This document shows, piece after piece, positions 17,787-26,159 of a stretch of DNA of 64,000 bases. The stretch comes from Alphaproteobacteria bacterium. Its GTDB lineage: Bacteria > Myxococcota_A > UBA796 > GCA-2862545. The notes beneath the pieces are model-generated. The model did no database searches. It had not been told where the DNA came from and was given only the letters and a program-made list of their open reading frames with translations. The stretch is taken from contig JACKEO010000001.1 of the NCBI GenBank assembly GCA_020632955.1, positions 403,348 to 467,347 of the forward strand. The letters run 5' to 3'. Position 1 is the stretch's first letter, and each line of letters opens with the position of its first letter. The position numbers were made by a program, and so were the translations under genes.

Positions 17787-18653
17787 TCACCCTTCCAGCG
17801 GATTCTCCTCCAGGAAGGCCAGCACCGCATCGCGGAACACCTCCAGCTTCGGAGGCAGCACCCGCGCCGACGAGAACACGAGGTGCAGCGCGCCCCGCCC
17901 GAACTCGTGGTCGGGCAGCAGCCGCACCAGCTCTCCCGACGCCACCGCCTCCCGCGCCAGGTGGGTGGGCAGCGCGGCGAGGCCCACGCCGTGGCGGGCC
18001 AGCGCGGCCGCCAGCAGCATGTCGTTGGCGGCCACGGCCGTGGCCCGGCGCCAGGCCTCCGGGAGGCTGTCGGATCCGCCCACGATCACGTGGTGGGCCA
18101 GGTCGTCGAGGCTCGACGGCGGCGGGCGGCGCGCCAGGTAGGACGGCGCGCCGAACAGGCCCATCACCAGCGGGCCCAGGCGGCGGGCGCGCAGCCGGCT
18201 CTCGCCGGGCGGGCCCATGTGCACCCGCAGCGCCACGTCGAAGCCCTCGCGCTCGAGGTCCACCACGCGGTTGCCCACCACCACCACGGGGTGCAGCGCC
18301 GGGTACCGCGCCACCAGCCCGCCGAGCACGGACGGCAGCATCCACTGCGCCAGATCGGCGGGAGCCGTGATGCGCAGCTCGCCCGCCGGCTCCAGCGCCG
18401 CCTCGGGCAGCCCGTCCACCGCCGCCTCCACCGCCGACAGGAGCGGCCCCACCTCCCCGAGCAGGCGCCGGCCCGCGGTGGTGGTGTCCACGTGGCGGGT
18501 GCTCCGCAGCAGCAGCTGCACGCCCAGCTCCTCCTCCAGCGACGACACCCGGCGGCTCGCCACGGAGCGCGACACCCCCAGGGCCTCGGCCGCCGCCGTG
18601 AAGCTGCGCCGCTCGGCCACCGCGACGAAGGCCTCCAGGGCCGTCCAGTCCAT
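17787..18653 (-). CDS. LysR-family transcriptional regulator
   Basis: The N-terminal wHTH is LEAFVAVAERRSFTAAAEALGVSRSVASRRVSSLEEELGVQLLLR. Length is 288 aa. It is divergent from the qorB-like gene, the classic LysR arrangement. Confidence 0.88.
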   Translation of the reverse strand: MDWTALEAFVAVAERRSFTAAAEALGVSRSVASRRVSSLEEELGVQLLLRSTRHVDTTTAGRRLLGEVGPLLSAVEAAVDGLPEAALEPAGELRITAPADLAQWMLPSVLGGLVARYPALHPVVVVGNRVVDLEREGFDVALRVHMGPPGESRLRARRLGPLVMGLFGAPSYLARRPPPSSLDDLAHHVIVGGSDSLPEAWRRATAVAANDMLLAAALARHGVGLAALPTHLAREAVASGELVRLLPDHEFGRGALHLVFSSARVLPPKLEVFRDAVLAFLEENPLEG

Positions 18654-18744
18654 TGTTGCGTCCTACGCACGAGTGATGACGAGTTCCACGCCATAGTGCG
18701 CCTTGTGCACGGTGACTACGCTGCCCATCCACCGAGGAGCTGTC

Positions 18745-19599
18745 ATGATCGCCGTCACCGGAGCCACCGGAAAGCTGGGGACCCACGTCCTCTCCCTGCT
18801 GCTGGAGCGCGTGCCCGCAGCGCAGATCCGCGCCGTCGTGCGCACGCCGTCGAAGGCCGCCGCCTGGTCGGCGCGGGGCGTGGAGGTGGTCGCCGCCGAC
18901 TACGACGACCCCGAACGTCTCGAGGCTGCCTTCCGCGGCGCCGACAAGGTGCTGCTCATCTCGTCGAGCGCCGTGGGGCAGCGGGCGCGCCAGCACCGGG
19001 CCGCCATCGACGCCGCCACCCGGGCCGGGGTGCCCCTGCTGGTGTACACGAGCATGCTGCACGCCGACACCAGCCACACCCTCCTCGCCGAGGAGCACCG
19101 GGCCACCGAGGCCGCGCTGAAGGAGGCACCGTTGTCCACGATCGTCCTGCGCAACGGCTGGTACGTCGAGAACTACACCGAGAACCTGGGCGCCAACCTC
19201 GGCATGGGCCTGTTCCCCGGCGCCGCGAAGGACGGCCGCATCGCCGCCGCCACCCGCGAGGACCTCGCCGCCGCGGCCGTGGCCGTGCTCACCGAGGAGG
19301 GCCACGCCGGCCACACCTACGAGCTGGCCGGCCCGTCCTTCACGATGACCGAGCTCGCCCGCACCGTGTCGGAGGTCGCCGGCCGCAGCCTGCCCTACGT
19401 CGACATGGAGGAGGCCGCCTACCGCGCCGCCCTCGTCGAGGCGGGCGTGCCCGCGGGCATGGCGCACGTGCTGGCCGACGCCGACGCCGCCATCGCCCGC
19501 GGCGAGCTGGACGCGCCCTCCGACGATCTGGTGGGCCTCATCGGCCGGGCGCCCACGCCCCTGCGCGCCGTGGTGGAGGCCCGGCTTGGCCACGGATGA
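18745..19599 (+). CDS. qorB: NAD(P)H:quinone oxidoreductase, NmrA/SDR-type (YtfG/QorB-like)
   Basis: The ATG at 18745 is preceded by GAGGAG with 5-nt spacing. MIAVTGATGKLGTHV..., KVLLISSSAVGQRARQHRAAIDAA..., YTSMLHADTS and LRNGWYVENY align by eye along the whole length with E. coli YtfG (QorB). Confidence 0.85.
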   Translation: MIAVTGATGKLGTHVLSLLLERVPAAQIRAVVRTPSKAAAWSARGVEVVAADYDDPERLEAAFRGADKVLLISSSAVGQRARQHRAAIDAATRAGVPLLVYTSMLHADTSHTLLAEEHRATEAALKEAPLSTIVLRNGWYVENYTENLGANLGMGLFPGAAKDGRIAAATREDLAAAAVAVLTEEGHAGHTYELAGPSFTMTELARTVSEVAGRSLPYVDMEEAAYRAALVEAGVPAGMAHVLADADAAIARGELDAPSDDLVGLIGRAPTPLRAVVEARLGHG

Positions 19600-20521
19600 C
19601 CGCCCCCCGGGTCCTTCCCTGTCCCGTCGCACCGTGATGGCGGGCGCGTCGGCGGTGGCGGGCCTCGCCGGCCTCCGCTCGCTCGCCGCCCCCTCCTCCA
19701 CCGAGGTCCCCATGCGCTCGATGCCCGCGATCTACCTCCCCCACGGCGGCGGCCCCTGGCCCTGGCTGCCGGCGGACTTCGGCACCCCCCAGGGCCACAC
19801 CGCCCTGCGCACCTGGCTCGAGGCCCTGCCCTCCCAGGTGCCACGGCCGCGCGCCATCCTCTGCGTCACGGCCCACTGGGAGGCGCCGGTGGCCACGGTG
19901 TCCACCCAGGCCGCCCCGGGCCTCCTCTTCGACTACGGCGGCTTCCCCGCCCACACCTACCAGCTCAGCTGGCCTGCGCCCGGTGCACCCGACGTGGCCG
20001 CGCGCGTGGTGCAGCTGCTCGAGGCCGCCCACATCCCCCACGCGGTGGACGCCGAGCGTGGCCTCGACCACGGCACCTTCGTGCCCCTGTCGGTGGCCTG
20101 GCCCGAGGCCGACGTGCCGGTGGTGCAGATGTCGCTGGTGAAGGGGCTCGACCCCGCGCACCACCTCGCCATCGGCCGCGCGCTCCGTCCGCTCCGCGAC
20201 GAGGGCGTGCTGATCGTGGGCAGCGGCATGAGCTACCACGACATGCGCGGCTTCGGCGGCCAGGGTCGCGCCGACGCCGCCACCTTCGACGGCTGGCTGG
20301 GCGAGGCGATGGCCTCCCCCGCCCACCGCGCCGACGCCCTCACCGCCTGGAGCCAGGCCCCCGCAGGGCGGCGCAGCCACCCCCGCGAGGAGCACCTGCT
20401 GCCGCTGATGGTGGTGGCCGGTGCGGCCGAGGGCGACGCCGGCAGCCTGCCCTTCCGGGACGACGTGCTGGGCGTGCGCGTCAGCGCCGTCCGCTTCGAC
20501 GCGCAGGACGCGCCCGCCTGA
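19586..20521 (+). CDS. class III extradiol dioxygenase, 4,5-DOPA-dioxygenase-like (YgiD family), possibly Tat-exported
   Basis: MPAIYLPHGGGP..., ILCVTAHWE, FDYGGFP, YPAPG, LDHGTFVPL, VVQMSL, GSGMSYHD and EEHLLPLMVVAG match the YgiD/LigB pattern. The TTG at 19586 would add an SRRTVMAGASAVAGLAGLRSLA leader. Alternative ATG starts are at 19637 and 19712. Confidence 0.8.
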   Translation: MATDDRPPGPSLSRRTVMAGASAVAGLAGLRSLAAPSSTEVPMRSMPAIYLPHGGGPWPWLPADFGTPQGHTALRTWLEALPSQVPRPRAILCVTAHWEAPVATVSTQAAPGLLFDYGGFPAHTYQLSWPAPGAPDVAARVVQLLEAAHIPHAVDAERGLDHGTFVPLSVAWPEADVPVVQMSLVKGLDPAHHLAIGRALRPLRDEGVLIVGSGMSYHDMRGFGGQGRADAATFDGWLGEAMASPAHRADALTAWSQAPAGRRSHPREEHLLPLMVVAGAAEGDAGSLPFRDDVLGVRVSAVRFDAQDAPA

Positions 20522-20601
20522 GTCCCGCGGCCGCACACCGAGGCGCATCCCAGACCATCGGTGACGGGATCCCGCGTGCCGGCCCGTCCCACACTCTATA
20601 G

Positions 20602-20615
20602 ATTCATACATGAAT
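20602..20615. promoter_or_regulatory. perfect 6-2-6 palindrome ATTCATACATGAAT inside an A/T-rich island at the doxX 5' end
   Basis: ctctatagATTCATacATGAATgatttcatgg is the only A/T-rich stretch between the dioxygenase and DoxX genes. Candidate operator and/or -10 region. Confidence 0.3.
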
Positions 20616-21077
20616 GATTTCATGGAGACGCCGATGTCGAACGCCGCTGCCACCTCCCCTGCCGCCCCCGCCACCCTCGCCCTCGACGACGCCACCGTAC
20701 GCGACGCCGGCCTGCTGCTGCTCCGCGTGGTGCCGGCGGTCTTCATGCTGACGCTGCACGGCTGGGGCAAGCTCCAGGCCCTGCTCGCGGGCGCCGAGGG
20801 CTTCCCCGACCCGCTCGGCGTCGGCAGCCTGGCGAGCGCCACGCTGGCCGTGGGTGCGGAGGTCGGCGCGTCGGCCTTCGTGGCCGTCGGGCTCTTCACG
20901 CGCCTCGCCACGGTCCCGCTGGTGATCACGATGGCCGTGGCCGCCTTCGTGCTGCACGCCGGCGACGACCTCGCCACGCGCGAGTCCGCGCTCGTGTACC
21001 TCACGCTCTTCCTCACGGTCGCGGCCCTCGGCCCCGGCCGGTGGTCCCTGGATGGACTGCGGGCGCCCCGTGCGTGA
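20610..21077 (+). CDS. DoxX-family membrane protein
   Basis: It has four hydrophobic segments. LLLLRVVPAVFMLTLHGWGKL and the overall size (about 150 aa) fit the DoxX family. The true start may be ATG 20622 or 20634, because 20610 lies inside the palindrome/promoter-like island. Confidence 0.72.
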   Translation: MNDFMETPMSNAAATSPAAPATLALDDATVRDAGLLLLRVVPAVFMLTLHGWGKLQALLAGAEGFPDPLGVGSLASATLAVGAEVGASAFVAVGLFTRLATVPLVITMAVAAFVLHAGDDLATRESALVYLTLFLTVAALGPGRWSLDGLRAPRA

Positions 21078-22302
21078 GTCCGACCCCGCCCCCGCGGTGG
21101 TGCGCCTGCCCCGGGGGCTGATGGTGCTCATGGGCGCCCTCGCGGCCCTGGGGCCGTTCAGCATCGACCTGTACCTGCCCGCCTTCGGCGCCATCGCCGG
21201 CGAGCTCCGCGCGCGTCCGGACCAGGTGCAGGCCACGCTGTCGACCTACTTCGCGGGGCTCGCCGCGGGGCAGCTGCTGGTGGGGCCGCTCTCGGACCGG
21301 ATCGGCAGGCGGGGTCCCCTGCTCGCGGGGCTGGCGCTGTACGTGCTGGCCTCGCTGGCCTGCGCCCTCGCCCCCGACGTGGAGGCCCTGGCGGGCTGGC
21401 GCGCCGTGCAGGCCTTCGGCGCCTGCGCAGGGCTCGTGACCTCCCGAGCGGTGCTGCGGGACCTCTTCTCGCCCCGCGACATGGCGCGGGCACTGTCGGC
21501 CGTGATGCTGGTGATGGGACTCGCGCCCATCGTGGCGCCGATGGTGGGGGCCACCGTGTCCGAGGTGCTCGGCTGGCGCGCCCTCTTCGTCGGCCTCGCA
21601 GCCTACGGGGCCGTCGTGCTCGTCGCCGTGGCCGCCTCCCTGCCGGAGACGCGCGGCGAGGCCCCGGGGCGCTCGGCAGCCCAGGTGGTCGGCGCCTTCG
21701 TCGAGGTGCTGCGCACCCGCCACTTCACCGGTCACGCGGTGGCCGGGAGCCTCGCGATGGCGGCGATGTTCGCGTACATCGCGTCGTCCTCCTTCGTGTT
21801 CACGCAGGCCTACGGGCTGTCCACCGGGGGCTTCGCGCTGGTGTTCGGGGGCACCGCCGCCAGCTTCATCGCCGCCACGCAGGTCAACGAGCGCTGGCTG
21901 CGCCGCCGCAGCCCCGAGAGCACGCTGCCCGCGGTGCTGGGCGTGCAGGCCGTGGCGTCGCTCGGCGTGCTGCTCGCGGCCACCACCGGTCTCGGGGGGT
22001 GGGTGGGCCTGTCGATCCCGCTCGTGGTGTGCATCGCGAGCCTGGGCTTCTCGTTGCCCAACACCACCGCCGCGGCGATGGCGCCCGTGGGCCACCACGC
22101 CGGCATCGCCGCCGCGCTGCTCGGGGTGATCCAGTACGGCGTCGCGGGCCTGGCCACCTGGGCCGTCGGCGGGCTCTACGATGGCACCGCGCTGCCGATG
22201 GCCACGGCGATCGCGGTACTCAGCGTCAGCGCGAGCGTGGTGCTGTTCGCCAGCACCGGCGACAGGACCCGGGTGGCCCCGGAGCTCGCGAGGAGTCGCT
22301 GA
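21052..22302 (+). CDS. MFS transporter, Bcr/CflA (DHA1) drug-resistance family
   Basis: GPFSIDLYLPAFGAIAGEL...ATLSTYFAGLAAGQLLVGPLSDRIGRRGP aligns by eye with E. coli Bcr. About 12 TM segments. An alternative GTG start lies at 21070. Confidence 0.85.
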   Translation: MDCGRPVRESDPAPAVVRLPRGLMVLMGALAALGPFSIDLYLPAFGAIAGELRARPDQVQATLSTYFAGLAAGQLLVGPLSDRIGRRGPLLAGLALYVLASLACALAPDVEALAGWRAVQAFGACAGLVTSRAVLRDLFSPRDMARALSAVMLVMGLAPIVAPMVGATVSEVLGWRALFVGLAAYGAVVLVAVAASLPETRGEAPGRSAAQVVGAFVEVLRTRHFTGHAVAGSLAMAAMFAYIASSSFVFTQAYGLSTGGFALVFGGTAASFIAATQVNERWLRRRSPESTLPAVLGVQAVASLGVLLAATTGLGGWVGLSIPLVVCIASLGFSLPNTTAAAMAPVGHHAGIAAALLGVIQYGVAGLATWAVGGLYDGTALPMATAIAVLSVSASVVLFASTGDRTRVAPELARSR

Positions 22303-22925
22303 TGGCACGCGTCACCGCCGAGGAAGCCGCCCGGACCCGCGAGAGGCTCCTCGACGCGGCCCTCGAGGTGTTCTGGGAGCACGGCGTGGCGCGGCCCAGC
22401 CTCACGAAGGTGGCAGAGCGGGCAGGCATGACCCGCGGCGCGATCTACGGTCACTTCGACAACAAGGAGGACGTGTTCAGCGCGCTCTGCGACCGCTTCC
22501 TGCTGCCGGCCGCCGTGCTGGAGCAGCTGCGGCAGGACGGCGCCGACGATCCCCTCGGCACGCTGGTCGCCTGGGTCCAGAGCATCCTCCGCGACGCCCG
22601 CGCCGATCCGTGCCGACGCAGGTTCTTCGAGATCCTGCTGCTGAAGTGCGAAGCCGTGGAGGGCGACGACATCCGCGGACGCATGCGGCGCGACTTCGAG
22701 CGCGCGCGCCTGCACGAGGAGGCCCTGCTCTGCGCCGCCGTGCGCCAGGGGCAGGTGCCGGCCGACCTGGACGTCCCCCTCGCCGCCCTGATCCTCCACG
22801 CCACGATCGGCGGCCTGCTGCGCCACCTCGCCCTGCATCCCGAGGCCGAGGCCGACCTGCTCGTGGAGCGCATCGGGGGCCTGGTGTGCGACATGCTCCG
22901 AGGCGAGGCGCTGCGACGGGCGTAG
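22302..22925 (+). CDS. TetR/AcrR-family transcriptional regulator
   Basis: The ATG at 22302 overlaps the MFS stop (TGATG). The HTH is RERLLDAALEVFWEHGVARPSLTKVAERAGMTRGAIYGHFDNKEDVF. Confidence 0.88.
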   Translation: MARVTAEEAARTRERLLDAALEVFWEHGVARPSLTKVAERAGMTRGAIYGHFDNKEDVFSALCDRFLLPAAVLEQLRQDGADDPLGTLVAWVQSILRDARADPCRRRFFEILLLKCEAVEGDDIRGRMRRDFERARLHEEALLCAAVRQGQVPADLDVPLAALILHATIGGLLRHLALHPEAEADLLVERIGGLVCDMLRGEALRRA

Positions 22926-23041
22926 GCCGGGGTCCGACGCATCGGGAGACCCGTCGCACGCGCGTGTCGGACGGTCGGGGCCGCCTTGTCCCGGCCTGCC
23001 CCCTGGCGTACGCTGGACCCACTGGGACCAGGGAGGTCGGG

Positions 23042-24355
23042 ATGACGACGCGCCACCGGGGATGGCTGCTGGGGGCGGGCTTCGCCCTCGTGACGGGATG
23101 TGTGGGCGTGCCCGAGGGCAGCCTCGCGCCGGGCCTGCAGGCCGAGCAGACGCAGCGCTGGCGACCGGCCGCGAACGCATGCCGGGTCTTCGGACGACGC
23201 GACCTCGCGCCCGGCCAGCCGGGGCGCTTCGCCCGCCCGGAGTGTCCCGAGGGCCGCTTCCAGGACGGCACGCTCTGCTACGTCGAGCCCGACCCGATCC
23301 CGGCCGAGTGCCCGCCCGGGCGCTTCTCCGACGGCACGGCCTGCGCCGTGGAGCCCGACCCGATCCCGGCCGAGTGCCCCGAGGGCCGCTTCGCCGTGGG
23401 CGAGCTCTGCGACCAGGACCCGGGCCCCTTCGAGCCCACCTGCCCGCCGGGCCGCTTCTCCGACGCCAAGGGCTGCCTCGACCCCGACGACGGCCGCTAC
23501 ACCACCGCCGAGTGCTCGCCCGGGCGCTTCTCCGACGGCACCCTCTGCGTGGCCGACCCGGGACCCGTGGAGGCCGAGTGCCCCAAGGGCCGCTTCTCCG
23601 ACGGCACCCTGTGCGTGGTGGACCTGTCGCCCACCGAGCCCACCTGCCCGCCGGGTCGCTTCGCCGACGTCCAGGGCTGCCTCGACCCCGACGACGGCCG
23701 CTTCACCCAGCCCGCCTGCGAGCCCGGCCGCTTCGCCGACGCCGACCTGTGCCAGGTCGACACCGCGCCCACCGAGCCCACGTGCCCGCCGGGTCGCTTC
23801 GCCGACGCCCGCGGGTGCGTCGACCCCGACGACGGCCGCTTCAGCCAGCCCGAGTGCGAGCCCGGCCGCTTCGCCGATGCCGATCTGTGCGCACTCGACC
23901 TCGAGCCCGGCGAGGCCGAGTGTCCGCCCGGCCGCTTCGCGTCCGTGGACCTCTGCACCCTCGATCCCGACGCGTCGGACCCCACCTGCCCCGAGGGCCG
24001 CTTCGCCACGCAGGATGCCTGCGCGCTCGACCCCGATCCCATCGCGGCCGAGTGTCCCCCCGGCCGCTTCTCCGACGGCCAGGCCTGCGTCGTCGACGGC
24101 GATCCGGTGCCCCCCACCTGCCCGCCCGGCCGCTTCTCGGTCCTCGATCGCGCGTGCGTGGGCGGCAGGGGTCGCTTCTCCGACGCCTCGTCCACCTCCA
24201 GCGGCGTCTTCCACGGGGTGGGCCTGCGCCTGCCCGAGCGCGGCAGCTGGCCCCCCGCCTTCGGCACCCTGGTGCCCGGCAGCGAGGACCTGCGCGTGGG
24301 CGAGCCCTGCACCTGCGTCACCGACGCCACGGGCGCGCTCCTCTGCAGTGGCTGA
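23042..24355 (+). CDS. lipoprotein built from about 14 tandem two-cysteine CP-x-GRF modules (hypothetical)
   Basis: The ATG at 23042 is preceded by GGGAGG. MTTRHRGWLLGAGFALVTGC is a signal peptide plus lipobox. Repeated units of the form ECPPGRFSDGT-x-C-x-x-DP-x-P follow. Confidence 0.8.
   Translation: MTTRHRGWLLGAGFALVTGCVGVPEGSLAPGLQAEQTQRWRPAANACRVFGRRDLAPGQPGRFARPECPEGRFQDGTLCYVEPDPIPAECPPGRFSDGTACAVEPDPIPAECPEGRFAVGELCDQDPGPFEPTCPPGRFSDAKGCLDPDDGRYTTAECSPGRFSDGTLCVADPGPVEAECPKGRFSDGTLCVVDLSPTEPTCPPGRFADVQGCLDPDDGRFTQPACEPGRFADADLCQVDTAPTEPTCPPGRFADARGCVDPDDGRFSQPECEPGRFADADLCALDLEPGEAECPPGRFASVDLCTLDPDASDPTCPEGRFATQDACALDPDPIAAECPPGRFSDGQACVVDGDPVPPTCPPGRFSVLDRACVGGRGRFSDASSTSSGVFHGVGLRLPERGSWPPAFGTLVPGSEDLRVGEPCTCVTDATGALLCSG
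23243..24185 (+). repeat. tandem coding repeat, period about 66-72 bp (22-24 aa), about 14 copies
   Basis: Copies in order: CPEGRFQDGTLC, CPPGRFSDGTAC, CPEGRFAVGELC, CPPGRFSDAKGC, CSPGRFSDGTLC, CPKGRFSDGTLC, CPPGRFADVQGC, CEPGRFADADLC, CPPGRFADARGC, CEPGRFADADLC, CPPGRFASVDLC, CPEGRFATQDAC, CPPGRFSDGQAC, CPPGRFSVLDRAC. Confidence 0.9.
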
Positions 24356-26159
24356 CGCGCGGCACGCGGTGGTCGCCGGCCTGGGGGCGATCGCCGTGGC
24401 CGGCCTGGCGGTGCAGGTGCCCTGGCGGCCCTCCGACGCCGCCGAGGCGTCCCACCCGCCACCGACGGCCTCGCCCGGCGCCTTCGTGGGCAGCCAGGCC
24501 TGCGGGAGCTGCCACCCGGGTCCCCACGCCTCCTGGCAGCAGAGCTTCCACCGCACGATGACGCAGGTGGCCACGCCCGCCAAGGCGCTGGCGCCCTTCG
24601 CCGGCGAGGTGCTGTCCGACCGCGGACGCACGCTGCGCATGTCGCAGGACGAGGGCCGCCTGCGGGTGGAGGAGGCCGCCGACGGCACCTTCGGCGCGCC
24701 CCGGGCCGTCGAGATCAGCACCGGCTCCCACCACCTGCAGGTCTACTGGGTGCGGGCCGACGACGGCACGCTCACGCAGCTGCCCTTCGCCTGGCGGGTG
24801 GCGGAGGCGCGGTGGATCCCCAACGCCGACTCCTTCCTCGTGGACCCCGACCTCGCGGCCCGCGGCAGCGGCGGCCGCTGGGACACCACCTGCTTCCGCT
24901 GCCACGCCACCGGCTGGTCCACGGACGACCCCGCCACCGGGGCCCACGACCAGGTGGCCGTCCGGGACCTCGGCATCGCGTGCGAGGCCTGCCACGGCCC
25001 TGCGGCCCACCACGTGGCGCACAACCGCAACCCGCTGCGCCGATGGGGCCTGTGGCTGCAGGGCGAGGGCGACCCCACCGTGGTGCACCCCCACCGCCTC
25101 GACGCCGCGCGCGCCAACGCCGTGTGCGCCCAGTGCCACAGCGAGGCCATGCCCCGGGTGCTCCCGGGCGACGACCGGTCGCGTGAGCCCTTCCTGGCGG
25201 GCGGCCGCCACGAGGACCACTTCTCGCCCGACGCCCCCGAGCGCCTGCACCAGGCGCTGCACGAGCGCGGCGTGCTGTCGGGACCGCGCGTGGCCGACGG
25301 GTTCTGGCCCGACGGCACCGGGCGCGTGGCCGGACGCGAGCACACCGCGATGCGACGCTCGGCCTGCGCCGAACAGGGCGAGCTCGCCTGCACGGACTGC
25401 CACCAGCTCCACGGCGCCGACCCCGACCAGCAGCTCGCCCCCGCGGCGCGCACCGACGCCATGTGCACCGGCTGCCACCCGGACGTGGCCGCAGCCGGCC
25501 GCGACCACACCCACCACGCGCCCGACGGGGAGGCCAGCCGCTGCGTGAGCTGCCACATGCCGCGCGTGACCTACGGGCTCTTCGCGGCGCGCCGCTCCCA
25601 CCGCATCTCGAGCCCCACGGCGTCAGGCGCGGACGCCCACGCGCGGCCCAATGCCTGCAACCTCTGCCACCTCGACCAGACGCTGGCCTGGACCGCCGAG
25701 GCGCTGGCGGCCTGGCACGACCAGCCCCGACCCGAGCTCCCCCCGGTGCACACGGAGGTGGCCGCCTCGCTGGTGTGGGCGCTCACCGGTGATGCCGTGC
25801 AGCGCGCCCTGATCGCCTGGCACCTGGGCGACGCCGCCGCGCGGGAGGCCTCGGGCGACGACTGGCAGGTGCCGGTGCTCAGCCACCTCCTCGACGACCG
25901 CTACGCCATCGTCCGGGCGCTGGCCGGAGAGGCCCTGTTCGGGCGGTGGGCGACGCCCGAGGACTTCGACTACGTGGCCCCCGCCGAGGCACGTCGCGCC
26001 TTCGCGCGGCGCGCCCTCGACGCCTGGCCGGGCGGCAGGCCACGCGCCCCCGCCGAGGCACGTCAGCGCCTGCTGCAGCCCGACGGACAGGTGGATCTGC
26101 AGCGCTTCTCCGAGCTGGCCGCCCAGCGCGACGACACGCCCGTGGGGGTGACCGAGTGA
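24348..26159 (+). CDS. membrane-anchored multihaem c-type cytochrome (8 CxxCH) with helical-repeat C-terminal region
   Basis: The GTG at 24348 overlaps the upstream stop by 8 nt. The N-terminal anchor is AVVAGLGAIAVAGLAVQV. Haem motifs are CGSCH, CFRCH, CEACH, CAQCH, CTDCH, CTGCH, CVSCH and CNLCH. The last about 170 aa are Ala/Leu-rich and HEAT-like. Confidence 0.85.
   Translation: MADARHAVVAGLGAIAVAGLAVQVPWRPSDAAEASHPPPTASPGAFVGSQACGSCHPGPHASWQQSFHRTMTQVATPAKALAPFAGEVLSDRGRTLRMSQDEGRLRVEEAADGTFGAPRAVEISTGSHHLQVYWVRADDGTLTQLPFAWRVAEARWIPNADSFLVDPDLAARGSGGRWDTTCFRCHATGWSTDDPATGAHDQVAVRDLGIACEACHGPAAHHVAHNRNPLRRWGLWLQGEGDPTVVHPHRLDAARANAVCAQCHSEAMPRVLPGDDRSREPFLAGGRHEDHFSPDAPERLHQALHERGVLSGPRVADGFWPDGTGRVAGREHTAMRRSACAEQGELACTDCHQLHGADPDQQLAPAARTDAMCTGCHPDVAAAGRDHTHHAPDGEASRCVSCHMPRVTYGLFAARRSHRISSPTASGADAHARPNACNLCHLDQTLAWTAEALAAWHDQPRPELPPVHTEVAASLVWALTGDAVQRALIAWHLGDAAAREASGDDWQVPVLSHLLDDRYAIVRALAGEALFGRWATPEDFDYVAPAEARRAFARRALDAWPGGRPRAPAEARQRLLQPDGQVDLQRFSELAAQRDDTPVGVTE

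Noticed and set aside
23243-24185. Possible relation of the CP-x-GRF repeats to the eukaryotic GRF-type zinc finger
   Set aside because: Only the G-R-F tripeptide is shared. GRF zinc fingers have four metal ligands in a different spacing and are nuclear DNA-binding modules. Here each unit has two Cys and the protein is a secreted lipoprotein, so disulfide loops are far more likely.
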